Source: the human T2T-CHM13v2.0 reference genome, Homo sapiens
Length of the DNA: 64,000 bases
Strand: one strand, 5' to 3'
NCBI RefSeq assembly: GCF_009914755.1
Contig: NC_060928.1
In this document: piece by piece, positions 52,200-64,000 of the stretch
Numbering within the stretch: position 1 is the first letter of the stretch
Layout of the letters: every line of letters begins with the position of its first letter
Notes under the pieces: model-generated
The model's input: only the letters and a program-made list of their open reading frames with translations
Database searches by the model: none
Told to the model about the DNA's origin: nothing
Program-made: the position numbers and the translations under genes

Positions 52200-52790
52200 T
52201 GTGTTTCGTATTGCCACTGTAACAAATTACTGCAAATTCATTGGTCAGTACAAAAAATTGATTGTCTCAGTTCTGTAGGTTAGGAATCCCCATTGGCTCT
52301 GCTGGTTTCTCCGCTGTGGGTCTCTCTCACGAGGCCAAAATCAAACAGCCTGCCGGCTGGGCTCTTATTTGGAGGTTCTGGGAAGGAATCTGTTCTCAGG
52401 CTCATTCAGTTCGTTGGTAGAATCCAATTTTTTATGTAGGACTGGGGTCCTTGTTCCCTTGCTGGCTGTCAGTTGCTGGAGGCTTCTTTCTGGTTCTTTC
52501 ATGCAGCTTCCTACATCTCAGAGCCAGCAATGGGGTTGAATTCTTCTCATACTTGGAATCTCTCTGCCTTCCTCTCCTGCTGCTTCTCTCCTCCGCCTCC
52601 AGCCAGAGAAAATTCTCTGCTCTTCGTGGCCCATGGAGTTAGGCCGGGCTCACCTGGATAATCCAGAGTACTCTTCCTCTTGAGGTCTGTAACCATAATC
52701 ATGTTTGCAAGTGCCCCTTTTGCCATATAATACAGTATATTCACGAGTCCTGGGTATTACGGCATGGACACTTTTGGGAGGCTCTTCTGC
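52200..52790 (-). mobile_element. MLT1 LTR (old MaLR)
   Basis: Motifs ctgtaacaaattac, cagttctgtagg, gggctcacctggataatccag. Confidence 0.6.
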
Positions 52791-53924
52791 CTACCTCAGG
52801 CAGCAATTGCTGGGAGGTACATAGTCCCCTCTGATGGCTCCCAATACTGTCTGCCTCTGTGCCTTTGTAAGACTCTAGGTGTCCTCTCCTCCAGGGGGCC
52901 TCTCTGCCAGTCCAGTCTAGTTTAGGAGTTCTTCCAGCTCTTATCAACTGTGTTCTAATCTTAACCATTTTACGTTGTCCATCCACTGGACTGAGGATTG
53001 GAGAGGCAGTGCCCGTGAGGCCTTCATGTGTAGACTTCGCTGAACAGAGGGGTAGGACAGAATTTTTTCCTTTCTTCCTCTCAGGGAGGCAGTTTTCCCT
53101 CTCAACAAGGAGTACGTTTTCAGGATTGCTTTCTATATTCAGTTCCCGCCAGGAAGGCTCACCAGAGGACTTGTATCCTCCATGGAATATAGACAGCCTG
53201 GCTTTGAATTTTGGTCTTGCCAATTACAAGCTGTATGGCTGTGGGCAGGTTATAGAGCCTCTCTGTGCCTCAGTGTCTTCATTTGTAAAATAGGATAATA
53301 ATAAAATATCTTGGAGTTGCTGGAAGAGTTAAATGGAATTAATACATTGTAAAGTGCTTAGAATAGTTCCTGGCACATGGTAAGTGCCTAATAAATGCTA
53401 GCTGCTGTTTGTGTGAAGTGGAGATGCTCTTGCAACTTTTGTATATTTCTTGGCCCTATTCTGGGTAAGATCACGAAGGTCTTAAGAGTAATGTGACTGT
53501 TCGAGACCAGCCTGGCCAACATGGTGAAACCCCGTCTCTACTAAAAATACAAAAAATTAGCCAGGCGTAGTGGCAGGTGCCTGTAATCCCAGCTACTCAG
53601 GAGACTGAGGCAGAAGAATGACGTGAACCCGGTGAGTGGAGGTTGCAGTGAACCAAGATTGTGCCACTGCATTCCAGCCTGGGCAGCAGACGGGGACTCA
53701 GTCTAAAAAAAAAAAAAAGGAATGTGACTAAGAAATCTTAACTGTTAGTAGCAGGTGACAGGATGACATAGTGGTTAAGAACTTGACTTCTTTAGTTAAA
53801 GAACAGAATTCAGTTTGAGGCTATGTGGATTTGAGACAGATTACTTAATCTGTTGAACGCCTGGTTTTCTCATCTAGAACAGAGGTTTCAGTCGGGGCAG
53901 TTTTGATCCTCAGAAGTTTGTCAT

Positions 53925-54640
<716 letters not shown>

Positions 54641-56221
54641 TTAAAAATCGAAATTTATCATTGTGTAGCGACAACAGTGACAGCAGATTTGGGGTTGCCA
54701 CACTGGGCAGGGAGGGAGAGGATGCTGCTGGCATCTAGTGGGTAGGGGCCAGGGCTTCTTATAAACATGCTACAGTGCACGGGACAACTCCCAACAATAA
54801 GGAGTTATCCAGCCACACATGCCAGTGACACTGAGGCTAAGAAACCCTGATCCAGAGGATGGTGAAAATAATACTGGATGATAAAGTTGTGAGCTTTATT
54901 TTACTTTATTTATTTTTTGTATAAATAGGGTCTTACTATGTTTCTTAGTCTGGTCTCTAACTCCTGGTTTCAAGTGAGCCTCGCACCTTGGCCTTCCAAA
55001 GTGCTGGGACAACAGGCATGGGCCATCACGCCTGGTCCTGTTGCAGTTTTTAAATGAGATAATTCATGGAAAGAATGATGCATTGTGTCAGTCCTCTTCT
55101 CTCTGGTCTCACTCACAGTAAAAGCTGTACTTCTATGAACTGCAAGGCCCTATGTGACCTGGGTGGGCCCTGTTACCCTTTGATTTCACCTTCTACCACT
55201 TGTCACCTTGTCCACGCCACTCACCTCCATTCCCCATGCACCTGAGCACACGCCTGCCCTAGGGCCTTTGCAATTGCTGCTCCTGTGTCTGAAACACTCT
55301 TCTTCCAGGTGCCCCATGGCACACTCCCTGACCTCCTTCGGCTCTCTGCTCAAATGTCACCTAACTAGGGAGGACTTCCCTGGCCACCCTGTATTCCATA
55401 GCAGTAGACTCTGATTGTTAGAGTTTTCTCGGCCCCACACTGCTTGCTTTCCATCTGAATCCACTTAGCCCCTTCAGCCTCTGCTTCCTTTTGGCAGGTC
55501 TTGTTCTTTCATCTGCTGTGGAAGGTGAACCACAGTTGTGCATATTTGGCCTGTGAAGTGTATATTCCTCTTTAACAGAGTTTGCAATTTTTTTTTAATA
55601 TCAAAGGTAAACACGATTGATTTTAGAGATAGAACTTTATACAACCAAACCTTAAGTATCCACACAAACTGACAGAATGCTGTAAATTTAGCTTAGGAAT
55701 ATGCCACTCTGCTTATATTTTAATGGGAAGGTGACTGTGAAGTCCGTACATGCAGCAAGGGCTCCACACAACATAAAGCGGTTGTTAGGAAGGCCTGGAC
55801 TGATATCCGCTTTCCTGAACTGGCCTCTGATGGCTGAGCAGTGTTCTGTGCCTTGCTCACACTCGAAGATCATGGTCAGGCTGTGGCAGACACTCAGTTA
55901 GGGCAGAGGTCCCCTGTTTTCTCTGATTGTAGCTCTCAAGTTCCAATAGAGTCCACATTGGCTGGCTCTTCCCTCAGGTCCTGGCTCATGCATCTCTCAA
56001 CAGATACTTGCAGAGAATGGCTGCTGTATGCCTGGCACATTCTAGGCTGTGGGCTGTAGCAGTGAATGAAAGGCAAAAGTTCCTCTCCTGGAGTGCCATT
56101 GTGAATAGAGTGCTGGGGGATTGAAAGCATCGTGCTTGACTCATCCCTATTTTTAATACTGCTTCTGATGAGACGGTAGCTAGGCAGTTGTAATTTGTCC
56201 TTCTTCTCTTTTTCTTTCCAG

Positions 56222-56336
56222 ATGTCCTCAATGGAACCATAACGTTTTTGCCTTTGGAAGAAGATGATGAGGGGAACCTAAAGGTTAAGATGAGCAATGT
56301 GTATCAAATTCAGCTCAGTCATAGCAAAGAAGAATG
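56222..56336 (+). CDS. TRMT44: TRMT44 exon 2 (D)VLNGTITFLPLEEDDEGNLKVKMSNVYQIQLSHSKEE(W)
   Basis: Polypyrimidine tract plus cag acceptor, TG|gtaag donor, phase consistent (115 nt). Confidence 0.92.
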
Positions 56337-56639
56337 GTAAGAGCTGGACAGTGGACTCCTAGTTTTATGGTTTCCATTGAGGATTTCTTTAGGTAGCCAA
56401 AGGATTCTGGGTTGCCAGGGCTTAAGGTCCTGTCTCTGAGGTGGTTATGGTTTGTAGGAATGCAGTTGCTAGCTTATGTGCCCAGGCCATGTTGCTCTTC
56501 CTGTTGGTGCCTGGCCTCGAGTCTGGGTGGTCACAGCCTGGCTGGGGTTTCTGATCTCTACCTTCCCTGTGGCTGTGATGATCAGCAGCCCTTAGCATTA
56601 GCTCTGAAGTCAAACTCAAATTTCTTTATTGTTATTGTT

Positions 56640-56921
56640 ATTATTATTATTGAGACAGTCTTACACTGTTGCCCAGGCTGGAGTGCATTGGTGCCATCGC
56701 ATTTCACTGCAACCTCTACCTCCTGCATTTAAGTGATTCTCGTGCCTCAGTCTGCACAGTACAGGCACCCACCACCACACCCGGCTAATTTTTGTATTTT
56801 CAGTAGAGACGGGGTTTCGCCATGTTGGCCAGGCTGGTATCAAACTCCTGACCTCAGGTGATCCACCTGCCTTGGCCTCCCAAAGTGCTGAGATTTCAGG
56901 CATGAGCCACCAAGCCCAGCC
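56640..56921 (-). mobile_element. AluS
   Basis: Reverse Alu. Confidence 0.87.
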
Positions 56922-57711
56922 TATTTTGTTATTTTTTATGACTTAGTAATGGGGAATAGGTGATGGTTCCTTCTGTAGTAAGTATTCAGTGATACTTATT
57001 ATAAAGTAGCGGTTTAATAAGCACCCTTAATTCCATATGGTATTTGGGCCTGTATAGAAAGTATAAAATTTAATTCATACCGTTTGGTATTTTTAAAACG
57101 AAAAAGTCAGAGGAGGGGTGAATTCATTCATGACTTGTCAGCTGATATTTTCCTGAGTGCCACATCCAAGCTGTACTTTCCGAAACAGTCTTGGGGATAA
57201 TGTCTGAGTAACTGGAATGAGTTTGCCCGGGGCTTCCTAGAAAGCAGAGGGATGTGGCGAGAAGAGCATGGGCTTCCCACTAGCAGTGTGGTCTTGGGGA
57301 TGTGCTCTACCTCCTGGCCCTCTGTCTACTCACCTTGAAATGGGTTTAATCATTCCTGAGCCTCTGAGGAGGTGGCAGGGCTGGGCCTCACATGGATCTG
57401 TTGCAGCCTTCGTGCTTGAAAGGGGTGCTCAGGCCCTGTAGCATGAAGCCCTTTGAGAACCATCCAGAGGTTGCCCCGAGTTGTCAGGGGATCCTGCCCT
57501 GAGGTCCCTTCCTGCTAGCATGCCCTTGTTGGAGAGTGAGGAGTGAGAGCAGACACTAGGAGAAGCCATGCTTACCTGTGCCAGGCACCTCTGTGCTCGG
57601 CGATGCTGAACTGTGTGCCCATTAGCCAGAAAGTGGTGCCTGTCTTGGGGGCAGTGGGCACCTGGTGCAGGGCGGGGTTGCAGGAGGTGCTTGGCATGTG
57701 CCTGCTGCGTT

Positions 57712-57877
57712 GGAGTGACTTTCATTGCTCTTTGACAAGCTACTGAGGACGTGGCTGCTGCTCCCATCTTCCCAGGGTGGCATTTCTAGTCGGCATCGGA
57801 GTGACGTTCACTGCTCTTTAACGAGCTACTGAGGACGTGGCTGCTGCCCCCACCTTCCCAGGGTGGCATTTCTAGTC
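57712..57877. repeat. 86-bp tandem duplication
   Basis: ggagtgac...gcatttctagtc at 57712 and 57798. Confidence 0.85.
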
Positions 57878-59414
57878 ATAGCCTCACCGGGCCGCTATTC
57901 CTTGCAGTCTCTGGGCACAGGTCACACTTCAGGGGCCAGATGTACTGCCTTCTGAGTTGAACACAAATGAGGGGCTCCACTGTCGATGTGCGTGCTTCTT
58001 CGCAGCTGGATTCATTTTCGGCAACATTTGTTGTGTGCCCAGCATGTGTTAGGGCTGGCACGCAGCGGGAAGTGAGTCTCCTGGGGCAGTGGAGAATATC
58101 TGCTCCCATACTAGGTGGTGTAGGGAGGAAAACTCAGCCAAGCAGGACTGTGTCCCCTCAATAGAAACGGCAGAGTGTGGCCGAGGTATGTGGGAAGGCC
58201 TCTGAGAAGGGACATGGAAGAGAGGCGGATGAAGGAGGAGGCCGTATGGACCTCTGGGGGACCCTGGGGAAGAGCATGAGGCCCAGGGAAGAGCGAGGAA
58301 CGCCCCTTGGGCAGAATCTCTGCAGCGCGCAGGGGCCACCAAAGTTAGTGTCAGGCCCAGCAGGAACGCTTCTGGACTGAGCAGGACAGACCTCACAGTC
58401 CCGAGCAGGGAGCTGGGCCAGGGGAAAGGTTCAGACCCACTTTGGGGTTGACTCTCTGGAGAATCTTCTGGAAGTGACTTGTGTCCCTCTAATGCACCGT
58501 GGTGGCAGAAAACCTGGAAACCACAGCTCTCACCAGACGGACCACTTGCCATTGTCCCCTCCAGTGGGGCCATGCTGCTGCCGCGCCCTCAGCACACTTG
58601 TGAGGCCCTCCGGCTCTGCCCCGCTCACCCAGTGGCTGGGATCTGCTTGTTCTTAGGAATGTCCGTTGAATGTCACTTTTATCGTAGCTTTCTCTCATCT
58701 GCCCAGCAAACTTAATGCCCTCCCCTTCCCTGTGCTGCCCCAAACGCAGCCCTTGGACAGTGTATTGTTATCTGGGTTTGTATCTGTCCCGCCAGTCCTC
58801 CCAAGGATTGTGAGCTTTTCCTCATTTATTGAATGCATCCATGAACAGTGCCTGCTATGTGTCAGCACTGCTGGGACCTGGGGGCGGAGCAGTGAGCAAG
58901 ACAGACAGAAGCCCCCCACTGTCATGAACCTTCTGATGGCAGAAGACATGTGAAAGACAAAATAAGCCGGCAAAATGCACAGCAGCCTTTATCTCTGTGG
59001 CTGAGCACTTCGCCTTCTGGCAAGTAGCTATTCGGTGAGCCAGTATACTCATTTGAGTTGCACCTGTGAAAATGGTAAAGAATAGAAATGTTAGGAAAAT
59101 CCTTGGACGCTTAGACTCTGGCTCCTTGTGCATGAAGCAGCAGGAGAGAGGCCTTTATTTGTTCAGCCGCCTCAGGGGCTTCGCAGTGTGTAAATATATC
59201 CTTAACAAAGTTTGCAAGAAAAGAGGGATTCTCTGTGCTTTTTACATGTTTTTCTCTATTAGATGAAAGTTCTGTAACTAGTTCTAGTTCGTTTTATGTT
59301 TTTGGTAATATAGATGTCTTAGCTTCTGTTTTCTTCATTAGGTAAATAAATAGATAATTTTAAAATAAGAATTGAACATATCTGTGCTTATTCATATTTC
59401 TCTTATTTTTAAAG

Positions 59415-59634
59415 GTTCATATCTGTTTTAATTTTCTGTCCAGAAAGATGGCATTCAGATGGAATCGTGTATCCCAAACCCACGTGGCTTGGAGAAGAGT
59501 TGCTGGCCAAGTTGGCCAAGTGGTCTGTAGAGAACAAGAAGAGTGACTTTAAAAGCACCCTTTCCCTCATCTCCATTATGAAGTATAGCAAGGCTTACCA
59601 GGAACTTAAAGAGAAGTATAAGGAAATGGTTAAG
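59415..59634 (+). CDS. TRMT44: TRMT44 exon 3 FISVLIFCPERWHSDGIVYPKPTW...KYKEMVK
   Basis: 220 nt, restores phase 0, AG/GT boundaries. Confidence 0.93.
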
Positions 59635-59675
59635 GTAATTCTGGTGGAGAATATCTGATTTTTCCCCCTTCATGA

Positions 59676-59980
<305 letters not shown>

Positions 59981-60364
59981 TCACCCTTAATTTACATGAG
60001 GTAAAATAATCAAACTCTTCCAGGTAAAATTGTTTTTCCTGTTGCAGGCTGTACTTTGACATACTTAGGGGTGCACACAACAAAAACATAGACAGATATA
60101 TAATGGAAAAGGATTGATCTTTACTTGTATATTATTTGTTTTCAAGAGACCTAAAGGGAAATATTTAATTGAAAAGTAATGGAACCTTGAAAAAAAAAAT
60201 GGCTAAATTACCATAATTCTTTGTATAAACTTAAATATATTTTAAGAAAATATGTGAAAAGTTAAAATACAAAAGAGCAGTTCCCAAAAGGAGATACATT
60301 TCATAATAACATGTGCTTAAACTTTCTATCTAAGATGTAAAAACAGTATAACAAGAAACATCTG

Positions 60365-60412
60365 TGTTGCGGGAAGTCAGGGACCCCGAATTGGGGGCGG
60401 GTTCCCCCAATA
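60365..60412 (+). mobile_element. 48-bp collapsed MER11 (HML-8) LTR: both termini only
   Basis: TGTTGCGGGAAGTCAGGGACCCCGAA joined to TTGGGGGCGGGTTCCCCCAATA, flanked by 6-bp TSD CATCTG. Confidence 0.8.
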
Positions 60413-60537
60413 CATCTGTGTGTTTATGCCCAGCTTAAGGCAGAAGGCATTGCTGGTAGAGTCAAAGCTACTTACTATTCTTCCTAGTTCCCATCTTCCT
60501 CCCCGTCCTAGGAGTAACCACAATTTGTCATTTCCAT

Positions 60538-60812
60538 GTTTTTTTTTTTTTTTTTTTTTTTTGAGACAGGCTCTCACTCTGTCGCCTAGGCTGGGGTGCA
60601 GTGGTGCAATCTTGGCTCACTGGAGACTCAACCTCCCGGGCTCAAGCGATTCTCCCTAGTAGCTGGGACCACAGGCAGATGCTACCATGCCTGGCTAATT
60701 TTTTGTATTTTTTGTAGAGACAAAGTTTTGCCATGTTTCCCAGGGCTCAAGTGTTCTGCCTGCTTTGGCCTCCTAAAGTGCTTGGATTACAGGCTTGAGC
60801 CACTGCCCGGCT
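60538..60812 (-). mobile_element. AluJ
   Basis: Reverse, degenerate Alu. Confidence 0.83.
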
Positions 60813-61706
60813 TCCATGTATTTTTTTAATCAGTCACGTCTTGCTCTGTAACAAAAGCACCCCAAAGGTCACAGGCTTAAAGCTGTGACCTTTCATTATT
60901 GCTGAAGCACCTGTGGGTCCCCGGGGTTGGCTGACTGAGGCTGGGCTCCCTCCCACATCCTGGCCTCGTGGTCCTTTGCCATCTTGTTAGCTATTTGGTA
61001 CCGTCCAGAAGGTACTTTTTATGTTTTTCCAGCTTTTGAAATTGTTTCTAGTGGGATGGTTCATCTGTATTGTCTAAGGCGCTGTGACTGGAAATAGAAA
61101 TTTCAACTTTTAACATTGGCCATTGGTTTTTCCTGTTTTGCCTAATGCCAGTTCTGAACATGACTAATTTTAATAATGAGAGCTCATGTTTGCACAGCTA
61201 GTGCTTTACAGTTTTCAGAGCACCTTGATTATCCTGTGTGTTAGTTGAGGCATGGCTTTATCCCTGTTTGACAGGTAGGGCGACAGCAGCCACTGATGGA
61301 CCAGGGGCTGGAGCACTGGTCTCCTAGTTTGTGGCTCGCGGCTCTCCCTGCCCTAGTTTCACTCCCACGCCTAGTTTCCTTGTTTGTTGCCCTTATCTGC
61401 ATAGACAATGAGCACAGTGTAGCTAAGTGTTTCCTCTGTGTCCACTGCCTCAGCTAAATGCCTTAGGTACATTCTGTTGATTGTGAAATCTTGCTTTGGA
61501 TTGGATTGTTCTTGGCATGCCTTGTTTCTTTATGTAAATCTTTTATTGTAAGAAACCAGTTGTGAATTCCTGCCTTTGAGCTTATGTTTCCTATTTTAGT
61601 GTACGATTAGTCCAGTTTGATTTATGCTTTATAGGGATACTTAAAGTATTGGGAAATGGTGGTGGGGAAACCGAACAATTTATGTTTGCTCTTGAAACTG
61701 TTTTAG

Positions 61707-61775
61707 GTGTGGCCTGAAGTCACTGATCCTGAGAAGTTCGTGTATGAAGATGTGGCTATCGCAGCATACCTGCTG
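61707..61775 (+). CDS. TRMT44: TRMT44 exon 4 VWPEVTDPEKFVYEDVAIAAYLL
   Basis: 69 nt, Trm44 WxExTDPxKxVxEDxAIAAYL motif. Confidence 0.95.
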
Positions 61776-62198
61776 GTAAGGGTGTAAGCGACCTCAGCTT
61801 CTCTGGAGTGGGTGGAGTTTGCTACAGGCAGATGTTCCCTGTAGTGAAGGACATTTTCCAAATCCATAACTGCCGGTGCTCACAATTCTGCTGGCCAAGG
61901 TTGGTTTCTCGTGTAATGGTTTGACTTCATGTGGTCCTTTTGATGCGTATACAACAAGTTTGGGTTGAAACTTGACCTCGGGTTCCAACTTGACCTGCAG
62001 GCGGAACTGTACGTCCACACTCAGCAGTCATCGTGGAGGCACCGGCTGGCACAGGGAAGCACTGAGGAACACGTGTCTTCCGGCCCTGGCCTAGAACCTT
62101 CTAGCCCTTTCCTCAGCTGGCTCGCTAGCTGGCTACATTTGGACATGCCCTCTGATTTAATCATCTTGGTTTACTTATCTATAAGAATGTTTAGAGTA

Positions 62199-62500
<302 letters not shown>

Positions 62501-62628
62501 AGAATGTTTAGTGTAGATGATTTCAAGTTTCCTTTCACTCAGAGTTTTCTTTGACCAGTTTGTGTCTAAATTATTCTTGCGTAGAGTGAATTACCACCTG
62601 ACTTTGTTTTGTTTTTCTCTTCACTTAG

Positions 62629-62736
62629 ATTCTATGGGAAGAAGAAAGGGCTGAGAGGAGACTAACTGCCAGGCAGTCCTTTGTGGACCTGGGATGTGGA
62701 AATGGCCTCCTGGTCCACATCCTGAGCAGTGAGGGG
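62629..62736 (+). CDS. TRMT44: TRMT44 exon 5 ILWEEERAERRLTARQSFVDLGCGNGLLVHILSSEG (gene continues)
   Basis: 108 nt, SAM-binding motif I FVDLGCGNG, canonical splice sites. Confidence 0.95.
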
Positions 62737-64000
62737 GTAAGGCCCGGCTCCATCACCTTTTCTGGTAACTTGTCCAGAGTTTCCTCAAGTCAGGCACAGG
62801 GTTCACTGACATCTTTTTCTGCTGATACAGCCTGGATTTGGAGTCAGCCAGCTATCAGAGTAGGTAGAGACTTATAAATTTCTGTTAATCTGATAAACAA
62901 ACAGCTCCTAAAACAAGGGAAACGTGGTGATCTCATTGGACCTAAGAGGAAGTCCCCGGGCCCCGGCATGGACCTATAAAATGACAGGCTTTGGGTAGCA
63001 TGGATGTTTTTTTGCTGTCAGATTTTTCTTTTGAAACCCACCATCTCAAGGAGCTGGAGGGAGATAAAAAGCAAGGCAGGTTCTGCACTTGAGAAGCTTC
63101 AGGCCAGGCACGGGGCTCACGCCTGCAATCCTAACACTTGGGTGGCCGAGGCGGGTGGATCACTTGAGCCCGGGAGTTTGAGACCAGCCTGGGCAACATA
63201 GTGAAACCCCATCTCTGCAAAAAAAAGAAAAACAAATAAGAGAAGCTTCAGTTCTGGCTCGGACGGCCAGTCATGTATACACAGACAACAGTATGGAACA
63301 GTGTGGTGTGTGGTACTGGGTTTTGCCCTTATTTTCTGGATGTTCAGCTGATGCAGTGAAAGCACTCTTGGGCTGAGAGCGGCACCTGCCCAGGTAGCAC
63401 GGTCAGTAGGGGTGGGTGTCTTGTGCCTGGAACTTCCTGCCAGCAACTTATACCCCTCCTGGTGCGTCCAGCGCGTCAGGTGCCATTACCCCATGATATG
63501 ATGGCCAGCTTAGCCACTTCCTGCTAGGGGGCAACAGCTGGAACCTGCAGCCCAATATTGATGGTTCCAAACTGATTATCTTCCTGCTATGCTGTACTGT
63601 ACAGTACTGTACTGATAGGCTGCACATATTTGTCTACACCTGTAAGAGCTTGAAATGGTTGTTACAATGCCCTTTTTCAAGTGTGTTATTAAAGAATGAG
63701 TTTCTAATCATAATACCTATAAGCTGGTTGTGGGGGTGGTAGTGTATCAGGTGGCAGCTTGGTAGCTGGTACCTGGAGACAGCTGGGAGGTGTCTCGTGC
63801 ACCCCTCCTCTTCTGCAGGCTTGGCAGAAATAAGTTTGCCCTATGAGAGCCAATGAGTGTGGCCAAGGTGCAAGAAGAGCCAGCAGCTGACCTTGACTGA
63901 GAGCAGAGAATTGGCTCACGTTCTCAGGTGTGCTCCCTGGGGCACTGGCCCTGGAAATGTTCCCACACTAAAGGCCACTGTGGTCACTCAACTCCATGTC

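Noticed and set aside
63594-63607. 14-bp palindrome GTACTGTACAGTAC
   Set aside because: Part of a short (GTACT)n low-complexity patch with no supporting context.

Overview
This is eukaryotic DNA, recognisably human, from the head-to-head ACOX3/TRMT44 locus (chr4p16, from recognition of the proteins). ACOX3 (peroxisomal pristanoyl-CoA oxidase) is on the minus strand: a likely non-coding exon 1 near 50.4 kb and ten coding exons between 26266 and 2229, continuing past the left edge. TRMT44 (tRNA Um44 2'-O-methyltransferase) starts at 50569 on the plus strand, with five coding exons in the window. The two genes share a CpG-island bidirectional promoter, and a second CpG island with a strong splice donor lies in ACOX3 intron 1. 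That intron holds two proviruses. One is HERV-W/LTR17 (30110-37516), with an uninterrupted RT-RNase H frame, an inverted leader segment inserted into gag and an Ile-like PBS. The other is LTR2-family Harlequin/HERV-E-like (43638-50072) and heavily G-to-A hypermutated. Also present are solo LTR13, LTR6 and LTR14 elements, a 48-bp collapsed MER11 LTR, a retroposed 5S rRNA copy, many Alus, DNA transposon fossils and VNTRs. I found no convincing wholly new system. The best leads are the ERV rearrangements, an overlapping uORF specific to one ACOX3 first exon, and LTR-promoter interplay. Repeat family names come from recalled consensus sequences, not a database search.
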